Shown here piece after piece: positions 1 to 12,462 of a stretch of DNA of 64,000 bases. This DNA comes from Octopus bimaculoides. Taxonomy: Eukaryota. The notes beneath the pieces are model-generated. The model searched no databases, was not told the origin of the DNA, and worked only from the letters and a program-made list of their open reading frames with translations. The stretch spans positions 76,662,896 to 76,726,895 of the forward strand of contig NC_068987.1 in NCBI RefSeq assembly GCF_001194135.2, in the 5' to 3' direction. The position numbers and the translations under genes are program-made. Numbering within the stretch: position 1 is the first letter of the stretch; every line of letters starts with the position of its first letter.

Positions 1-284
1 AAAAATACTAAAACCCAGACCTTTATACCCGATCATAACAAAGTTCTGCTATAGGAGAAATAAACAATGAAATTATCTAAACCAAAAATATATACGTTTT
101 TGCGTCGTAACTCCTTTATTATTATTAATATTACCAAAAGGATCGATTCTTGAAGAGTCTGCATATCTTCACTGTCGTTTTTTTCTGCTATTTAGGTGAT
201 GATTTTTTAAGTTAGCTTACCAATTATTTTTGTTGGTAGTTAATTTATAATATATTGTTATATATATATATATATATATATATG

Positions 285-585
285 ATGAACTCTGCCATCA
301 TCATGATGTATGATGGTTTGACAATTTCCTACTGAAGAACCACACAGATGATTTGGTTATAGTGATCAAATGTTTGTGAAGACATAAACTCACTCTCTCC
401 ATCAAATTGATATTACCTGTACAGGTGCAACTGGGTGCCACATGTCAGATGTCAAAATGATCGCAGAGAAACATGAAATGAAGTGCTTTGCTCAAGAACA
501 CAATACACTGCCCAGTCTGGGAATCGAACCCGCGATCTCACAATCGTGAGTGCAACATCCTAACCACTAAGCCATATGCCTTCAT
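285..585 (-). mobile_element. tRNA-derived SINE, type D
   Basis: Minus strand: A box TGGCTTAGTGG, B box GGTTCGATTCC, then TGTGTTCTTGAGCAAAGCACTT; related copies at 8243, 21905, 35825, 46280, 52340, 62130. Confidence 0.75.
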
Positions 586-762
586 ATATATATATGCATA
601 TCCTTATTATCACCATTTAACATCTGTTTTCCATGCTGGTATGGGTTGGACATATATTTGTATAAACACCTATTTGTGTGTATGCATGTGTGAGTGTTGT
701 GTATGTATTTGTGTGTGTATGTGTCTGTCTGTCTGTCTGTCTGTCTGCATATATATTTATAT

Positions 763-900
763 ATACTTTATTAAAGAGCAGTAGAAATATCACAGAAACT
801 GTTACTCAGAGTTTCATGTTCCTGTTCGTTAGACAGTTTTGTTAGAATGAAACTCTGAGTAACAGTTTTTGTGATATTTCTGCTGCTTTTAATAAAGTAT
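763..900. repeat. Hairpin repeat (~55 bp arms) carrying a hammerhead-like motif
   Basis: 763-817 ATACTTTATTAAAG..AGAAATATCACAGAAACTGTTACTCAGAGTTTCAT is the near-perfect reverse complement of 847-900. Confidence 0.9.
796..840 (-). ncRNA. Type I hammerhead ribozyme motif, decayed (G5A)
   Basis: Minus: AAAACUGU-CUAACGA-ACA GGAA CAU-GAAA-CUCUGAG-UA-ACAGUUU; 7-bp stem I; core differs from CUGANGA at one base; stem II changes look like CpG decay of ACG/CGU. Confidence 0.7.
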
Positions 901-1891
901 ATTACTCAACCTCTAGTACTTGAGTACTCTTTCTTTTTCCACCTTGTTTCACATTTACGTGCTCACTCCAGTATATATTTATATACATACATATGAACTT
1001 ATGAAAATATATATTAACATGAATATCTGCATTCAGATGTCATTTGCACTTATATGAATGCATTTATGGGTGTGCATGTGCATGTATTTTCATGTGCATG
1101 TGTGTGTTTGTGTATGCATACTTGTGTTTCAGTATGTGCATGCTTGTGTATGTAGCAATAACTGCTTTGCCCAGCAACAAAAAGAGATGATAAAACATAA
1201 CAAGAAAGAGAATGTGACAAACACAGAAATAGGTTTTAGCTTCATCTCATCATGAAATAAAATAAACATGTACAGGTACAGATTGGAATAATGTCAGTAC
1301 AGGAGTCATGAATGTGTGTGAGAGGTTGCATCTGGTGAGAGAAGTTGTCAGTGTAGTCTTCAGTAAGTGACTTAACTCTCTTACTCTATTGCCTTGATCT
1401 TGAGAAGAGAGACAGAGTCACTTCTAGGTTTCTGCTTTAAGTGAATGAAAAGGGGAAAAAGGCTTGTCAAAACCATTTTGATATTCCATCAGATGGTTCA
1501 GAGAGCAAATTGGAAATTCAGATTTTTGAAAAGCACTGCAAAGAGGGCATGTCAATATTCAGAATTCTAATAAATCCTTCTGGATCAGTGTGCAAAAAAA
1601 AAAAAAAAATGAAAAATGGAAAATATAATAAATCTCTTTATCACATTAGTAACACATAACCTATTTGGATTATGTATATTATTTTGTTATGCTTTATACA
1701 AACATACATACATGCATGTGTGTGTGGGGTGCACGTGTGTGGGTGTGTGTTCACATGTGTGTATGTGTATGTATGTATGTATGTATGTAATGTATGTATG
1801 TAAATGTTTGTTTTTATGTTCAGTTATAATAAAGGGTTACTCTATACTTTTGCAGAGTACAAATTTACTTTTCTGAAACAAGAATATCATT

Positions 1892-1925
1892 GACAGTGAC
1901 TTCGAAGTTTTGGCCAGCTCTTCAG
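1892..1925 (-). ncRNA. Hammerhead relic
   Basis: Minus: CUGAAGA-GCUGGCC-AAAA-CUUCGAAG-UC-ACUGUC; palindromic stem III ACUUCGAAGU; G12 mutated; stem I unpaired; homologous to 17081-17116. Confidence 0.4.
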
Positions 1926-2965
1926 TGGAAGTGCAATTATGAATTATATCAGAGAATAGCCATCCAGACCTAATAACTGTCAATGGTGAAGCCTCTAAAC
2001 CTTGGGTCAATACCAGGTGGATCATAGCTCACAAATGGAAATATTCCTGGTAATTGTGTTGTTTATATATGAAAATCTGGGAGAAACAGGTGACGGTTGT
2101 TGACAGGAAGAGCATCTGACCATGGAAAATCTATCTCATTGACCCTTGCAAGCATAGAAAAGTTAGATTTCCATGCTACAATATCCATGGCTTCACTCTT
2201 TTACTTTTTATCTTCGCATACGAATACCTAAGACTAGAATTGGTAGCATACCATAAGAATACTACCAGCTATTTGGGAATTCTAAGGGTGAATGAGCTCT
2301 ATTTGTACTCTAATACGTTCTTAACAGAACATGCCNNNNNNNNNNNNNNNNNNNNNNNNNNNNNNNNNNNNNNNNNNNNNNNNNNNNNNNNNNNNNNNNN
2401 NNNNNNNNNNNNNNNNNNNNNNNNNNNNNNNNNNNNNNNNNNNNNNNNNNNNNNNNNNNNNNNNNNNNNNNNNNNNNNNNNNNNNNNNNNNNNNNNNNNN
2501 NNNNNNNNNNNNNNNNNNNNNNNNNNNNNNNATATATATAGTTGAGGCATGTTCTGTTAAGAACGTATTAGAGTACAAATAGAGCTCATTCACCCTTAGA
2601 ATTCCCAAATAGCTGGTAGTATTCTTATGGTATGCTACCAATTCTAGTCTTAGGTATTCGTATGCGAAGATAAAAAGTAAAAGAGTGAAGCCATGGATAT
2701 TGTAGCATGGAAATCTAACTTTTCTATGCTTGCAAGGGTCAATGAGATAGATTTTCCATGGTCAGATGCTCTTCCTGTCAACAACCGTCACCTGTTTCTC
2801 CCAGATTTTCATATATAAACAACACAATCACCAAGAATATTTCCATTTGTGAGCTATGATCCACCTGGTATTGACCCAAGGTTTAGAGGCTTCATCATTG
2901 ACAGTTATTAGGTCTGGATGGCTATTCTCTGATATAATTCATAATTACACTTCCACTGTAGAGCT
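1916..2965. repeat. 420-bp inverted duplication flanking an N-gap
   Basis: 1916-2335 is the reverse complement of 2546-2965 with about 5 mismatches, all in the gap-distal part. Confidence 0.9.
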
Positions 2966-3816
2966 TGTTTTTATTTACCCACTCTTAAATTTATCAGCTA
3001 ACTTAAGCTCAGCAGTATTTCCGACCCTATATGGGTTAAGCTGCTTACTGATTTATCAGAATTTATACCACCACCACCATCACTATCCTACATCTTTTGA
3101 TGATTGGTGGAATGCCAACCTTCACTTGCAGAAGTGTTTCTCTGGTAAATGTATGGCAAATGATAACTTGATATTTCTAATTAGGTACAAGGCTAATTAT
3201 TCTAAAGCAAGGAGATTGAATTAAGCTCATTAGATTGTCTTTTTTTTTTACCCTGTACATAATTGACAGGCCCCTGGAACACTGAAAGATTAAATTCAGA
3301 TCAGAACGAATCTGAACTCAAAATAAAAAGAAACACAACAAGACATCGTATCCTTTATATTACCGATTCTGCAACTCTACCAACCTTGGAATTTTTAATT
3401 ACAAAAATTGAAATGGTTCCATAAAGAACAGTAAGGATTGTTGAAAATTGGAATCAAAATTCCATAGCTGAATCTTCAATAAAACTTTCAAAAGAGTCTG
3501 TTTTGATATGAATGTCAGTTTTTAATGAGATTTTGATTCAAGTTCAGATTAAAACTCAAGCGATAAATAAATTGATAAATATATATACATATACATATAA
3601 CAGTTTGATTCAGCTCATAGGACAAACCCATCTCATTAGATATCTAGAAAATATATCTGATGATGTGTTGAGTGCCACTTTCATCTGGCCACTTACTCAA
3701 ATATATATATGTATATATACATATAGAAATAATTAAGATTCAGTTGAATTAGGTACTTAAGTTGAAGCACCGAGTCAGTCTGATATTATCTGCACAGCTT
3801 GAAGTAAGATGAATAA

Positions 3817-4135
3817 AATCAAAATAAGTAATGAGATATCAAGTAGTAATGCAGTACAACCGTTTCAAGCAGCTCCATTTAATTGAACAATGCAGTCATT
3901 AAATCAGCTGCACAAAATACAGAATTTTTTAACAAGTAGGACACATTAATATAATTTTTCTTAAATATTTTAACAGAGTAAGAAGATGGAAGAAATTCAT
4001 GTTGTAACTATTGTAGCAGGGTGTCTAAGCACTGCATTTGAACTGATGTATTGATTGCATTGTTCAATTAAATGGAGCTACTTGAAACGGTTGTACTGCA
4101 TTACTACTTGATATGCTGTTATTTATTTTGATTAT
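3817..4135. mobile_element. MITE/foldback-like element with ~75-90 bp imperfect inverted arms
   Basis: 3836-3907 ATATCAAGTAGTAATGCAGTACAACCGTTTCAAGCAGCTCCATTTAATTGAACAATGCA is the reverse complement of ~4043-4114; no clear TSD. Confidence 0.7.
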
Positions 4136-4142
4136 GTATATA

Positions 4143-4315
4143 TAGATCGCTAGCCACTAAACCTTTTTTTTTTTTCTCTCCCTGTTTATTTCTGTGTTCC
4201 TTTCTGTCGAAGAGCAGATGCTCGAAACGCTAAAGACTTTCTTACTTTCCAAGCATTAAACTAATACATCTGTTTGTTATTTACACACCCGTCTTCATCT
4301 TTTTTTTGTAAATTC

Positions 4316-4320
<5 letters not shown>
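4143..4320 (+). mobile_element. Penelope-like terminal-repeat fragment
   Basis: Homologous to 63810-64000 (opposite strand); contains GAAGAGC..GCTCGAAACG hammerhead-type motif. Confidence 0.55.
4200..4235 (+). ncRNA. Hammerhead-like motif, A6U variant, probably inactive copy
   Basis: CUUU-CUGUCGA-A-GAGC AGAU GCUC-GAAA-CG-C-U-AAAG; U16.1 replaced by C. Confidence 0.5.
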
Positions 4321-4359
<39 letters not shown>

Positions 4360-4363
<4 letters not shown>

Positions 4364-4500
4364 GTTAGGAAAGTCATCCAGCTGTAGATACTCTGCCAGA
4401 TCAGATTGGAGCCTGGTGCAGCCTTCTGGCTTGCCAGTCCTCAGTCAAATCGTCCAACCCATGCTAGCATAGAAAGCGGACGTTAAACGATGATGATGAT
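4360..4500 (+). mobile_element. SINE-like repeat type B, 3' part with (GAT)n tail
   Basis: GGCGTTAGGAAAGTCATCCAGCTGTAG..GCGGACGTTAAACGATGATGAT; copies at 11545, 18605, 36285, 42690, 58690, 59097. Confidence 0.75.
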
Positions 4501-4735
4501 ATATATATATACATATGTGTGTGTGTGTGTGCTCTAAAGTGATACCACATGTTTTGCATGTCCATTCTTTCTTTCTAATATATATCTATCTGCTCAATGA
4601 TGAACCACTTATAGCCATTCATTGCTAAGCAGCTACAACACTTCTTTTGTTTCAGCCACAGTTCAAGTCAGAGTTTTAGCAGTAAACCAACCTGAGCACT
4701 TATTGTATATACCTACTACATTTCATCATTAGACG

Positions 4736-4839
4736 CTATTGTGTGTGTATGTATGTGTGTGTCTGTTTGTCTGTAATGCACTTTTTAATATTTTTTTTAC
4801 AGTCAAGATAACTTGAAGACTGTGAGTCAGATTCTGAGA
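4736..4839 (-). CDS. Candidate terminal exon of the SLC35F6-like gene (speculative)
   Basis: Acceptor TTGTCCATCTTTGTTGTAATTTCAG; phase matches the 32856 donor; gives VSESDSQSSSYLDCKKNIKKCITDKQTHTYIHTQ*; no homology support. Confidence 0.2.
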
Positions 4840-5479
4840 CTGAAATTACAACAAAGATGGACAAATTTTTTAAAACCGATTTCTTTTCTATTTTAATTTC
4901 ATTTTAAAATTTAAACATCAATTTAAAATATATTTTATATAATATATAATTTTCTTCTTTTATTTTATCTTTCTTTTTTTTTTACACTTAATTTTGGTTT
5001 ATGAAAACCCATGTCAGTTTTATCAATTTAAAATATTAAAAACTAAATTATATTTAACAGAAATAAATAAAAAGAATAAAGTAAAGTTGAATTAAACTTC
5101 TAGTCCCTAGTTCTAAAAATACATCATGGCAATTAATGGTAAAGGTGGCAGATAAAAATAAGAATAAATAAAATTTAAAAAAAATAAAATAAACATAAAA
5201 ATGCTTTCATTTGTGGTTGTGTACTGAAAGTTAGTAAAGCTTGACTTGGCTTAGCAGACAAATTAAGGGACAGAGAGAAAGGGGAGGTGGGGGGAAAAAA
5301 CAAAGAAGTAATTTTGTGAAATATAATTATGAATTCTGGAATAATCTTTTTACTTCACTGTATTTTTTTCGTTTTTTGTTCTCTTTCTGAGACGTTTGTT
5401 TTGCTATTTTTCACTACCTTTAACGAACTTAACTGTTAAAACAAAGATGATTAAGCAATAACATCATCTTTTCTTTTTC

Positions 5480-5920
5480 TTCTTCTCTTTCTTCTTCGTT
5501 ATCATCATTACTGACCTTATCATCCTCATCACATCATCACTCAAACCTACACCATCATCATCACCATCATCATCATCACTACTATCAATTTAAATATTCA
5601 TCTGTATTATCATTTTTTCTTTTCTGTTTCAGCTTTGCACTGTCCTTAACAACTTGGAGCCCTTGTGGCCAATAAAAGAAATCATTAGCATTATTTTTGC
5701 TATTATTGTAGTTGTTCTGGTTGTTGCTGTTGTTGTTATAATCATCTTTTCACTCTTTATCATTTTCCTATCACTGTTATTAATACTAATGTAAACAGAA
5801 TCATTGTTGTAGTTATTACTATTATTATTATTATCATCATCATCAACATCCTCATCATCATTATCTTCATCATCATCATCATCATTATTATTATTATTAT
5901 TATTTCTTTATGTAGTTGTC
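5480..5920. repeat. Degenerate (ATC)n/(ATT)n/(GTT)n trinucleotide tracts
   Basis: Direct reading. Confidence 0.85.
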
Positions 5921-6511
5921 ACTGTTGTTATTACCGATATCGTTATTGTTTTTGTTTTGTTCTTATTATAACCATTATCTTTTATTTCATTTTTTTTTCC
6001 TCGTTAGCATAAATGAAATTAAGGATAAAGTAATTTTGTTTTGTGTGATTTCATTAACAATACCAATAGAAAGACAAACAAAAAAAATAAATAACAAACA
6101 AATAACAAAATAATTGACAAAGAAAAGACAAAAAATATATTCTTTTTCATGAATATTTTTAGATTTTTGTTTTTTACCTCCTACCACTTTTCCTCTTACA
6201 TCATAATGAAGCATCAACAACAATGCCAACAACACCAACAAACAAAGAAATAAAAAGAGATATTTTGAATTTATCGCATTTGTTTTGAGTCGTTAATTAA
6301 AGTTTTGGTGGCAATCTGACAGGAGTAGCGTTAATTAAATTAGCTTTGGGTATGTTTTCTTTTGTATTAATTATTTTAAATTTTAAATTTATGTTTTTCA
6401 TCATCTACTTATTTATGACTAATTATATAGAAAAAAGAGACTATACATACATATATGTTTATGTAAATATACACATATGTATTGATGTATATGTATGTAA
6501 GACATATATAT

Positions 6512-6554
<43 letters not shown>

Positions 6555-7535
6555 NNNNNNNNNNNNNNNNNNNNNNNNNNNNNNNNNNNNNNNNNNNNNN
6601 NNNNNNNNNNNNNNNNNNNNNNNNNNNNNNNNNNNNNNNNNNNNNNNNNNNNNNNNNNNNNNNNNNNNNNNNNNNNNNNNNNNNNNNNNNNNNNNNNNNN
6701 NNNNNNNNNNNNNNNNNNNNNNNNNNNNNNNNNNNNNNNNNNNNNNNNNNNNNNNNNNNNNNNNNNNNNNNNNNNNNNNNNNNNNNNNNNNNNNNNNNNN
6801 NNNNNNNNNNNNNNNNNNNNNNNNNNNNNNNNNNNNNNNNNNNNNNNNNNNNNNNNNNNNNNNNNNNNNNNNNNNNNNNNNNNNNNNNNNNNNNNNNNNN
6901 NNNNNNNNNNNNNNNNNNNNNNNNNNNNNNNNNNNNNNNNNNNNNNNNNNNNNNNNNNNNNNNNNNNNNNNNNNNNNNNNNNNNNNNNNNNNNNNNNNNN
7001 NNNNNNNNNNNNNNNNNNNNNNNNNNNNNNNNNNNNNNNNNNNNNNNNNNNNNNNNNNNNNNNNNNNNNNNNNNNNNNNNNNNNNNNNNNNNNNNNNNNN
7101 NNNNNNNNNNNNNNNNNNNNNNNNNNNNNNNNNNNNNNNNNNNNNNNNNNNNNNNNNNNNNNNNNNNNNNNTATATATATATATATATATATGTGTGGAT
7201 GTATGTATGTATGTATTAAGCATCATATGCCTTTAGAATATACCCTGTAAAAATTGACCTGTTAGGTTTGATGGGTCACCTCTAACAATTTGATTTCATA
7301 TAAGTGCATTATAGCAATGTCAGCCTGAAGAAACCTATGACCTTTGAGGTTATGGACAAATGTAGCAATTAGTAAACATGAAGAAGAGTAAGTGAACTGA
7401 TTCCAAGAGGGAATTGAACTTGCAGAACGGAGGGACGATTCTTTGAAAATTAGCACTAGCCGATGTTAGACTTGTTCCTTCTGTCTTTCTCACTCAACCA
7501 CGCTCTCCCACCTTGTTCTATCTCTCAAATACATA

Positions 7536-7742
7536 CTCTTTTACTCGTTTCAGTCATTTGACTGTAGCCATGCTGGAGCACTGCCTTTAGTCGAAGAAAT
7601 CGCCCCCAGGACTTATTCTTTGTAAGCCTAGTACTTATTCTATCGGTCTCATTGGCTGAACTGCTAAGTTACGGGGATGCAAACATACCTGCATCGGTTG
7701 TCAAGCGATGTTGGGGGGACAAACACAGATACACAAACATAT

Positions 7743-7788
<46 letters not shown>

Positions 7789-7951
7789 GACGGGCTTCTT
7801 TCTGTTTCTGTCTACCAAATCGACTCACAAGGCTTTGGTTGGCCTGAGGCTATAGCAGAAGACGCTTGCCCAAGGTGCCACGCAGTGGGACTGAACCCAG
7901 AACCATGTGGTTGGTAAGAAAGCTACTTACCACACAGCCACTCTTGCGCCT
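7536..7951 (-). mobile_element. tRNA-derived SINE type A, full length, central (CA)n(TA)n
   Basis: Minus head GGCGCAAGAGTGGCTGTGTGGTAAGTAGC..GGGTTCAGTCCC (A/B boxes), CORE-like ACCTTGGGCAAG; more than 20 full or half copies in the window. Confidence 0.85.
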
Positions 7952-7974
7952 GGATTTATTGATTTCGATTTTGG

Positions 7975-8170
7975 TCAGTAATTTCAGAGAGGGTGGAAGT
8001 AAATTGATTTACATCAACCCCCAGTGCTCAACTGGTACTTAGTCTATTGATCCAAAAAAGACGATAGGCAAAGTTGACCTCAACAGAATTTGAACTCGGG
8101 ACATAGAAATTGACGAGATACTACTAAGCATTCTTCCCGGTGTGCTAACAATTCTTCCAGCTTGCTGCAT
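7975..8170 (-). mobile_element. tRNA-related SINE type C
   Basis: Minus: GCAAGCTGGAAGAA..GAGTTCAAATTC..GTCAACTTTGCC..AAGTACCAGTTG; many copies. Confidence 0.7.
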
Positions 8171-8242
8171 TACGTGTTTACATTTATTGCTACTTGCATA
8201 TAAACTATACCTATATACACATACATATATACATATATACAG

Positions 8243-8550
8243 TGAAGGTGCATGCCTCAGTGGTTAGAGCATCAGGCTCACAGTCATGAGGTAGCGAGTT
8301 CGATTCCTGTTGTGTTCTTGAGCAAGACACTTTATTTCATGTTGCTTCAGTTCACTCAGCTGTAGAAATAAGTTGTAATGTCACTGGTGCCAAGCTGTAT
8401 TGGCCTTCACCTTTCCTTTGGATAACATCAGTGGCATGGAGAGGGGAGGCTGGTATGCATGGGCGACTGCTGGTTCTCCCATAAAACAACATTGCTTGGA
8501 CCTGTGCAATCCCATAGTCATTCATGACTGGAGGGGGCCTTTACCCCTAT
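8243..8550 (+). mobile_element. SINE type D
   Basis: TGCCTCAGTGGTTAGAGC A box, GAGTTCGATTCC B box, TGTGTTCTTGAGCAAGACACTT. Confidence 0.75.
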
Positions 8551-9337
8551 ATACGTATTCAAACGTGCACACACACACACACACATACATACACACACAC
8601 ATCGATATATATGGTGAGTTAGCTGAGGGTAAACGAGTAATGCAGAAAAGGAAATTAAGACATAAGGACTGCATTGAGAAATCTCTGGAGAAGTTCAAAA
8701 TTTTGGAAAGTGAAAACCTTGTTCTCCATCATTCCTCCATGATGAGGGAGGGAATCTGAACAAAGTTATGACAGTTCATGAGAGATATTCATAAGGGCTT
8801 TGATGTGAATTTGCCTGTGTATGTTGGTGTTCAGCCTAATTTAACATGTAGTGAGTGTGGGCATGTTTAAATAAGGCAGGCTTTAGACATCATCAGAAAA
8901 GGTACATACACACATGCACACAAACACACACAAGAACGTTGTTAACTATCATATCATATCGTTTGTGTGTGTGAGTGTGTGTCTGTTTGTCTGTCTGTCC
9001 GTGTATGCACAACTGTACACACATACACAGAATCACATGCATACACATCCACACATGTTTTTTATGCTGTATTACTAAGGAACATAAAGCCTGGTATAAA
9101 TAACAGTTAACAAAATTTTGTTTCAATTTTTACATCAAATTCTATAATACTGTGTTACTAAAATTACTAAGGGATTCGACTAATAAGGAAAATTGTATAT
9201 ACACGACATCCAGATTAAATTCTCCCATTAGTAAAACCAAAGATATTTATGTGTGGCGCATGCATTTGTATGCTCTGCAGATGTATATGTGCACAAATAG
9301 ATAAATAAATGAAAATATATATATGTATATTCTTTTA

Positions 9338-9537
9338 TTCTTTTACTTGTTTCGGTCATTTGACTGCAGCCATGCTGGAGCACCATCTTTTAGTCGAACG
9401 AATCAGCCCCAGGACTTACTCTTTGTAAGCCTAGAAGTTATTCTATTGGTCTCTTTTGCCAAACTGTTAAGTTATGGGGACATAAACACACCAGCATGTC
9501 AAGTGATGGTGGTGGGAACAAACTCAGACACACACAA

Positions 9538-9572
<35 letters not shown>

Positions 9573-9677
9573 CGACAGGTGTCTTCCAGTTTCTGTCTGT
9601 CAAATCTACTCACAAGGCTTTGGTCAGCCCAAGGCTATAGCAGAAGACACCTACCCAAAGTGCCACACAGTGGGACT
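9338..9677 (-). mobile_element. SINE type A, head truncated at (TA)n
   Basis: Colinear with the 7536-7951 copy. Confidence 0.8.
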
Positions 9678-9679
9678 GG

Positions 9680-9729
<50 letters not shown>

Positions 9730-9859
9730 GACATAAGATACGTGTACACACACACATACATTTTACATTTATGAATATATACATATACACACACTTATAT
9801 GCATGTGTATGTGTATGTCAAATACATATATACATATGGTGCACAAGAAAAGAAAGCAG

Positions 9860-10055
9860 AGTAAATGTGTATGGACATTTGATGTATATGGATGAGGAAC
9901 GCTGTAAACGAGAAATGCAAACTACTTAATGTCGGTGAAGCTTGTGGAGCAGAAACCCAGAAAGGCTTGCAATGAAATAGTGAAGGCTGACTTCAGGACC
10001 TTGAATTTCACACAAGAGATGACCAAAGACAAGAATGGCTGCTGACATGAGGTGT
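9860..10055 (+). mobile_element. RTE-clade LINE 3' fragment, frameshifted
   Basis: Translates YGHLMYMDEERC and KPRKACNEIVKADFRTLNFTQEMTKD, matching the RTE C-terminal pattern WYGHVxRM..GRPRKxWxExVxxD. Confidence 0.7.
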
Positions 10056-10228
10056 TTGTAAAAACGTGTAGAGGTAACACACGAGTAAGTAGATATTTAT
10101 GAAAAACAAGAATGAAAATGTTACTCTCTTAAAATTGGGTACATTTTAATTTTCCTTTTACATGTTTCGGTTTTTGAGAAGTATTTTCAAAAGCCTAATT
10201 TTAAGAAAGTAACATTTTTGTTCTTGTT

Positions 10229-10281
<53 letters not shown>

Positions 10282-11269
10282 AATGTATGAATGTATGTAT
10301 GTATGTATACATATATAATTTACACAGAACAGGGCCCCTACCCAATTTTTTCCTTAAGCTTTTTTCACTGCTTATCATCTCTCTATCGCTGACTCTCCAT
10401 CACTTGCCTAACTGCAATATTATTCTGATATTGCAATTAAATGATACCAGAACTGTATATTCCATCATCTTTTGCTCTGATGTCAGTTGCCTTTCTCACT
10501 ATCCCGATCAACTTCACTTGACATCCACCCTTCATTTTTGATATTGTCCCTTTTCATTCATATTTCACATTGATTACCCTTCTGTGCCATCAAATTAACT
10601 ATTCTTCTCTTCCTCCATTAACTCTCACTCTCTCCAAGCACTATGCCTATCCCCCCTCTCACATTCTTTTAATCTTCCCACTCGCACATCATCTCTCTTT
10701 GTCTCATCCGTCCGCTCTCTACTGTATTATTATTAGAATTATGTTCCCCTTCAACTTTTTGTGCTGTCAGTCAAGCCAGTCATCACCTACTCTCCCCTAC
10801 CTTCCTCAGCTTATATGTGTCATCAATTAACCTTCGACCCTCGTCCACCATTCACTACATCCCACCCTCAACTCTACTCAATCTCTTCTCTCACCACCTA
10901 CTCTTCACTACCCTGCCCTTGACAATTATTCAACACCCCTCAATTTCTGTTGTTCATTATCTTCTCCACCATACCCCATTTTTAACCATTCTTTACTCTT
11001 ACACTTCTACTCAAACACTACTTCTCCAGCATCTACTGAGCTACACGTCTGTTCTCTGTTCTCAGTAACTTCTTTTCACCTTCTTGTACCTTCAGGGTCC
11101 ACTCTGACACCTCATCACTGATATTTTAATTCTCTTTTAAGTTTGACACAGTTACCCCCTACCCACACTTTTATAGCATGAGCAGCTATGTAGCTCCTCT
11201 ATAGCAAAACATGTGTTTAGACCCCTTCTTTCATAATTTGACTTCCCATTTTCTAGCATAGACACTTTG

Positions 11270-11525
11270 CTGTCTCACATAGCCCCACTCACTTTGCTTG
11301 CTCATATAGCCCCACTCACATAGTCCCACTCACTTTGCTCTCTTACTTAGCCCCACTCTCATGTAGTCCCATCCACTTTGCTCTCTCACATACCTCTACT
11401 CACTTTGCTTGCTCACATAGCCCCACTCATATAGTCCCACTCTCACATAGCCCCACTCACTTTGCTCTCTCACGTAGCCCTGCTCATGTAGTCCCACTTT
11501 GTTCTCTCACATAGCCCCACTCTTT
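11270..11525. repeat. Two-module degenerate minisatellite
   Basis: Interleaved CTCACATAGCCCCACT-like and CACTTTGCTCT-like units. Confidence 0.85.
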
Positions 11526-11544
11526 GACTTAGTTGTATGAACTG

Positions 11545-11735
11545 CATCAGGACCTCATTAGTGCTAGTGCCAGGAAAAAAGCCCCAGTACATTCTGTAAT
11601 GTGGTTGACATTAGGAAGAGCAACCAGCCATAGAAACCATGGTAAAGCAGACATTGGAGCAAGATGTGGTCCTTGGAACATTCAGATCCTGCCAAAACCA
11701 TCTAACCCACACCAGCATGGAAAATGGCTGACGAG
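11545..11735 (+). mobile_element. SINE type B, degenerate
   Basis: TGGTTGACATTAGGAAGAGCAACCAGCCATAGAAAC..CCAGCATGGAAAATGG. Confidence 0.6.
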
Positions 11736-12462
11736 GCTATATAGGTATGTATAAATATACTGAAATTATATCATCGTTAAAATCACTAATAGTTATCTAA
11801 AAAAAAACACATTTTTTCAATGCATTCTCTTTTATCTCCTGAAATGTGAATATTTTAGATACACAACTGCAACTTGAAACTCAGTTCCATTGCAACAGCA
11901 TAAAATGGCAATTTTCAGGGCAATTTCCGATAGACTTCAGATTTTTGTGTAATCATAGCCATGTGAGTTTATCCTAATTGTATCCTTGATGCTTTGATAC
12001 TTTGATAGGTTTCGGCCAGTATTGGCCCAGGCTATATCTAACTTAATAGCACTACTTGGTAAAGTCATTTAAAATTGGTCATCTTTAATAATCATTAATC
12101 ACTTCCAGGTTATCTTGTTATGCCTGTTAATGGCCTTTAACTTGTATATGACTTCTCGTTTCCCGTCCTTTTCTAACTCCCTTTTTTTTCCTTCATTCTT
12201 GTCTCATTCATATGTGATGCTTTGAATTTCCAGAAACACGCTGTTTGCTTTGTGTAACTATTAAGTATTTAGGTGCTTTCAGTGTGTGGTACAAAACTAT
12301 TGACTTTATGTCCTTGTTACGGTCTACTAAGATCAAGAAACTAAAACTGGTGGTGAAGGTTAGTTGATCAAACCACACTTATATGATGTCTTTGTATGAT
12401 ATCATATAACACACGATATCGCAAATATATCACACTCATTTGTATATGAATATATATACAGA

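Noticed and set aside
6346-7236. Long ORFs spanning N-runs (also 2240, 12641, 15544, 17545, 20647, 25260, 34374, 38729, 55521)
   Set aside because: Open only because Ns and (TA)n contain no stops
7325-7360. CTGAAGA followed by an AACCT/AGGTT stem
   Set aside because: No GAAA and no stem III, so not a hammerhead
11270-11525. Repeat-spacer appearance suggesting CRISPR
   Set aside because: Eukaryotic context, no unique spacers, no cas genes; a minisatellite
12001-12035. Minus-strand GGCCA-ATAC-TGGCC-GAAACC
   Set aside because: Good stem II and GAAA, but the CUGANGA core is mostly deleted; at best a relic
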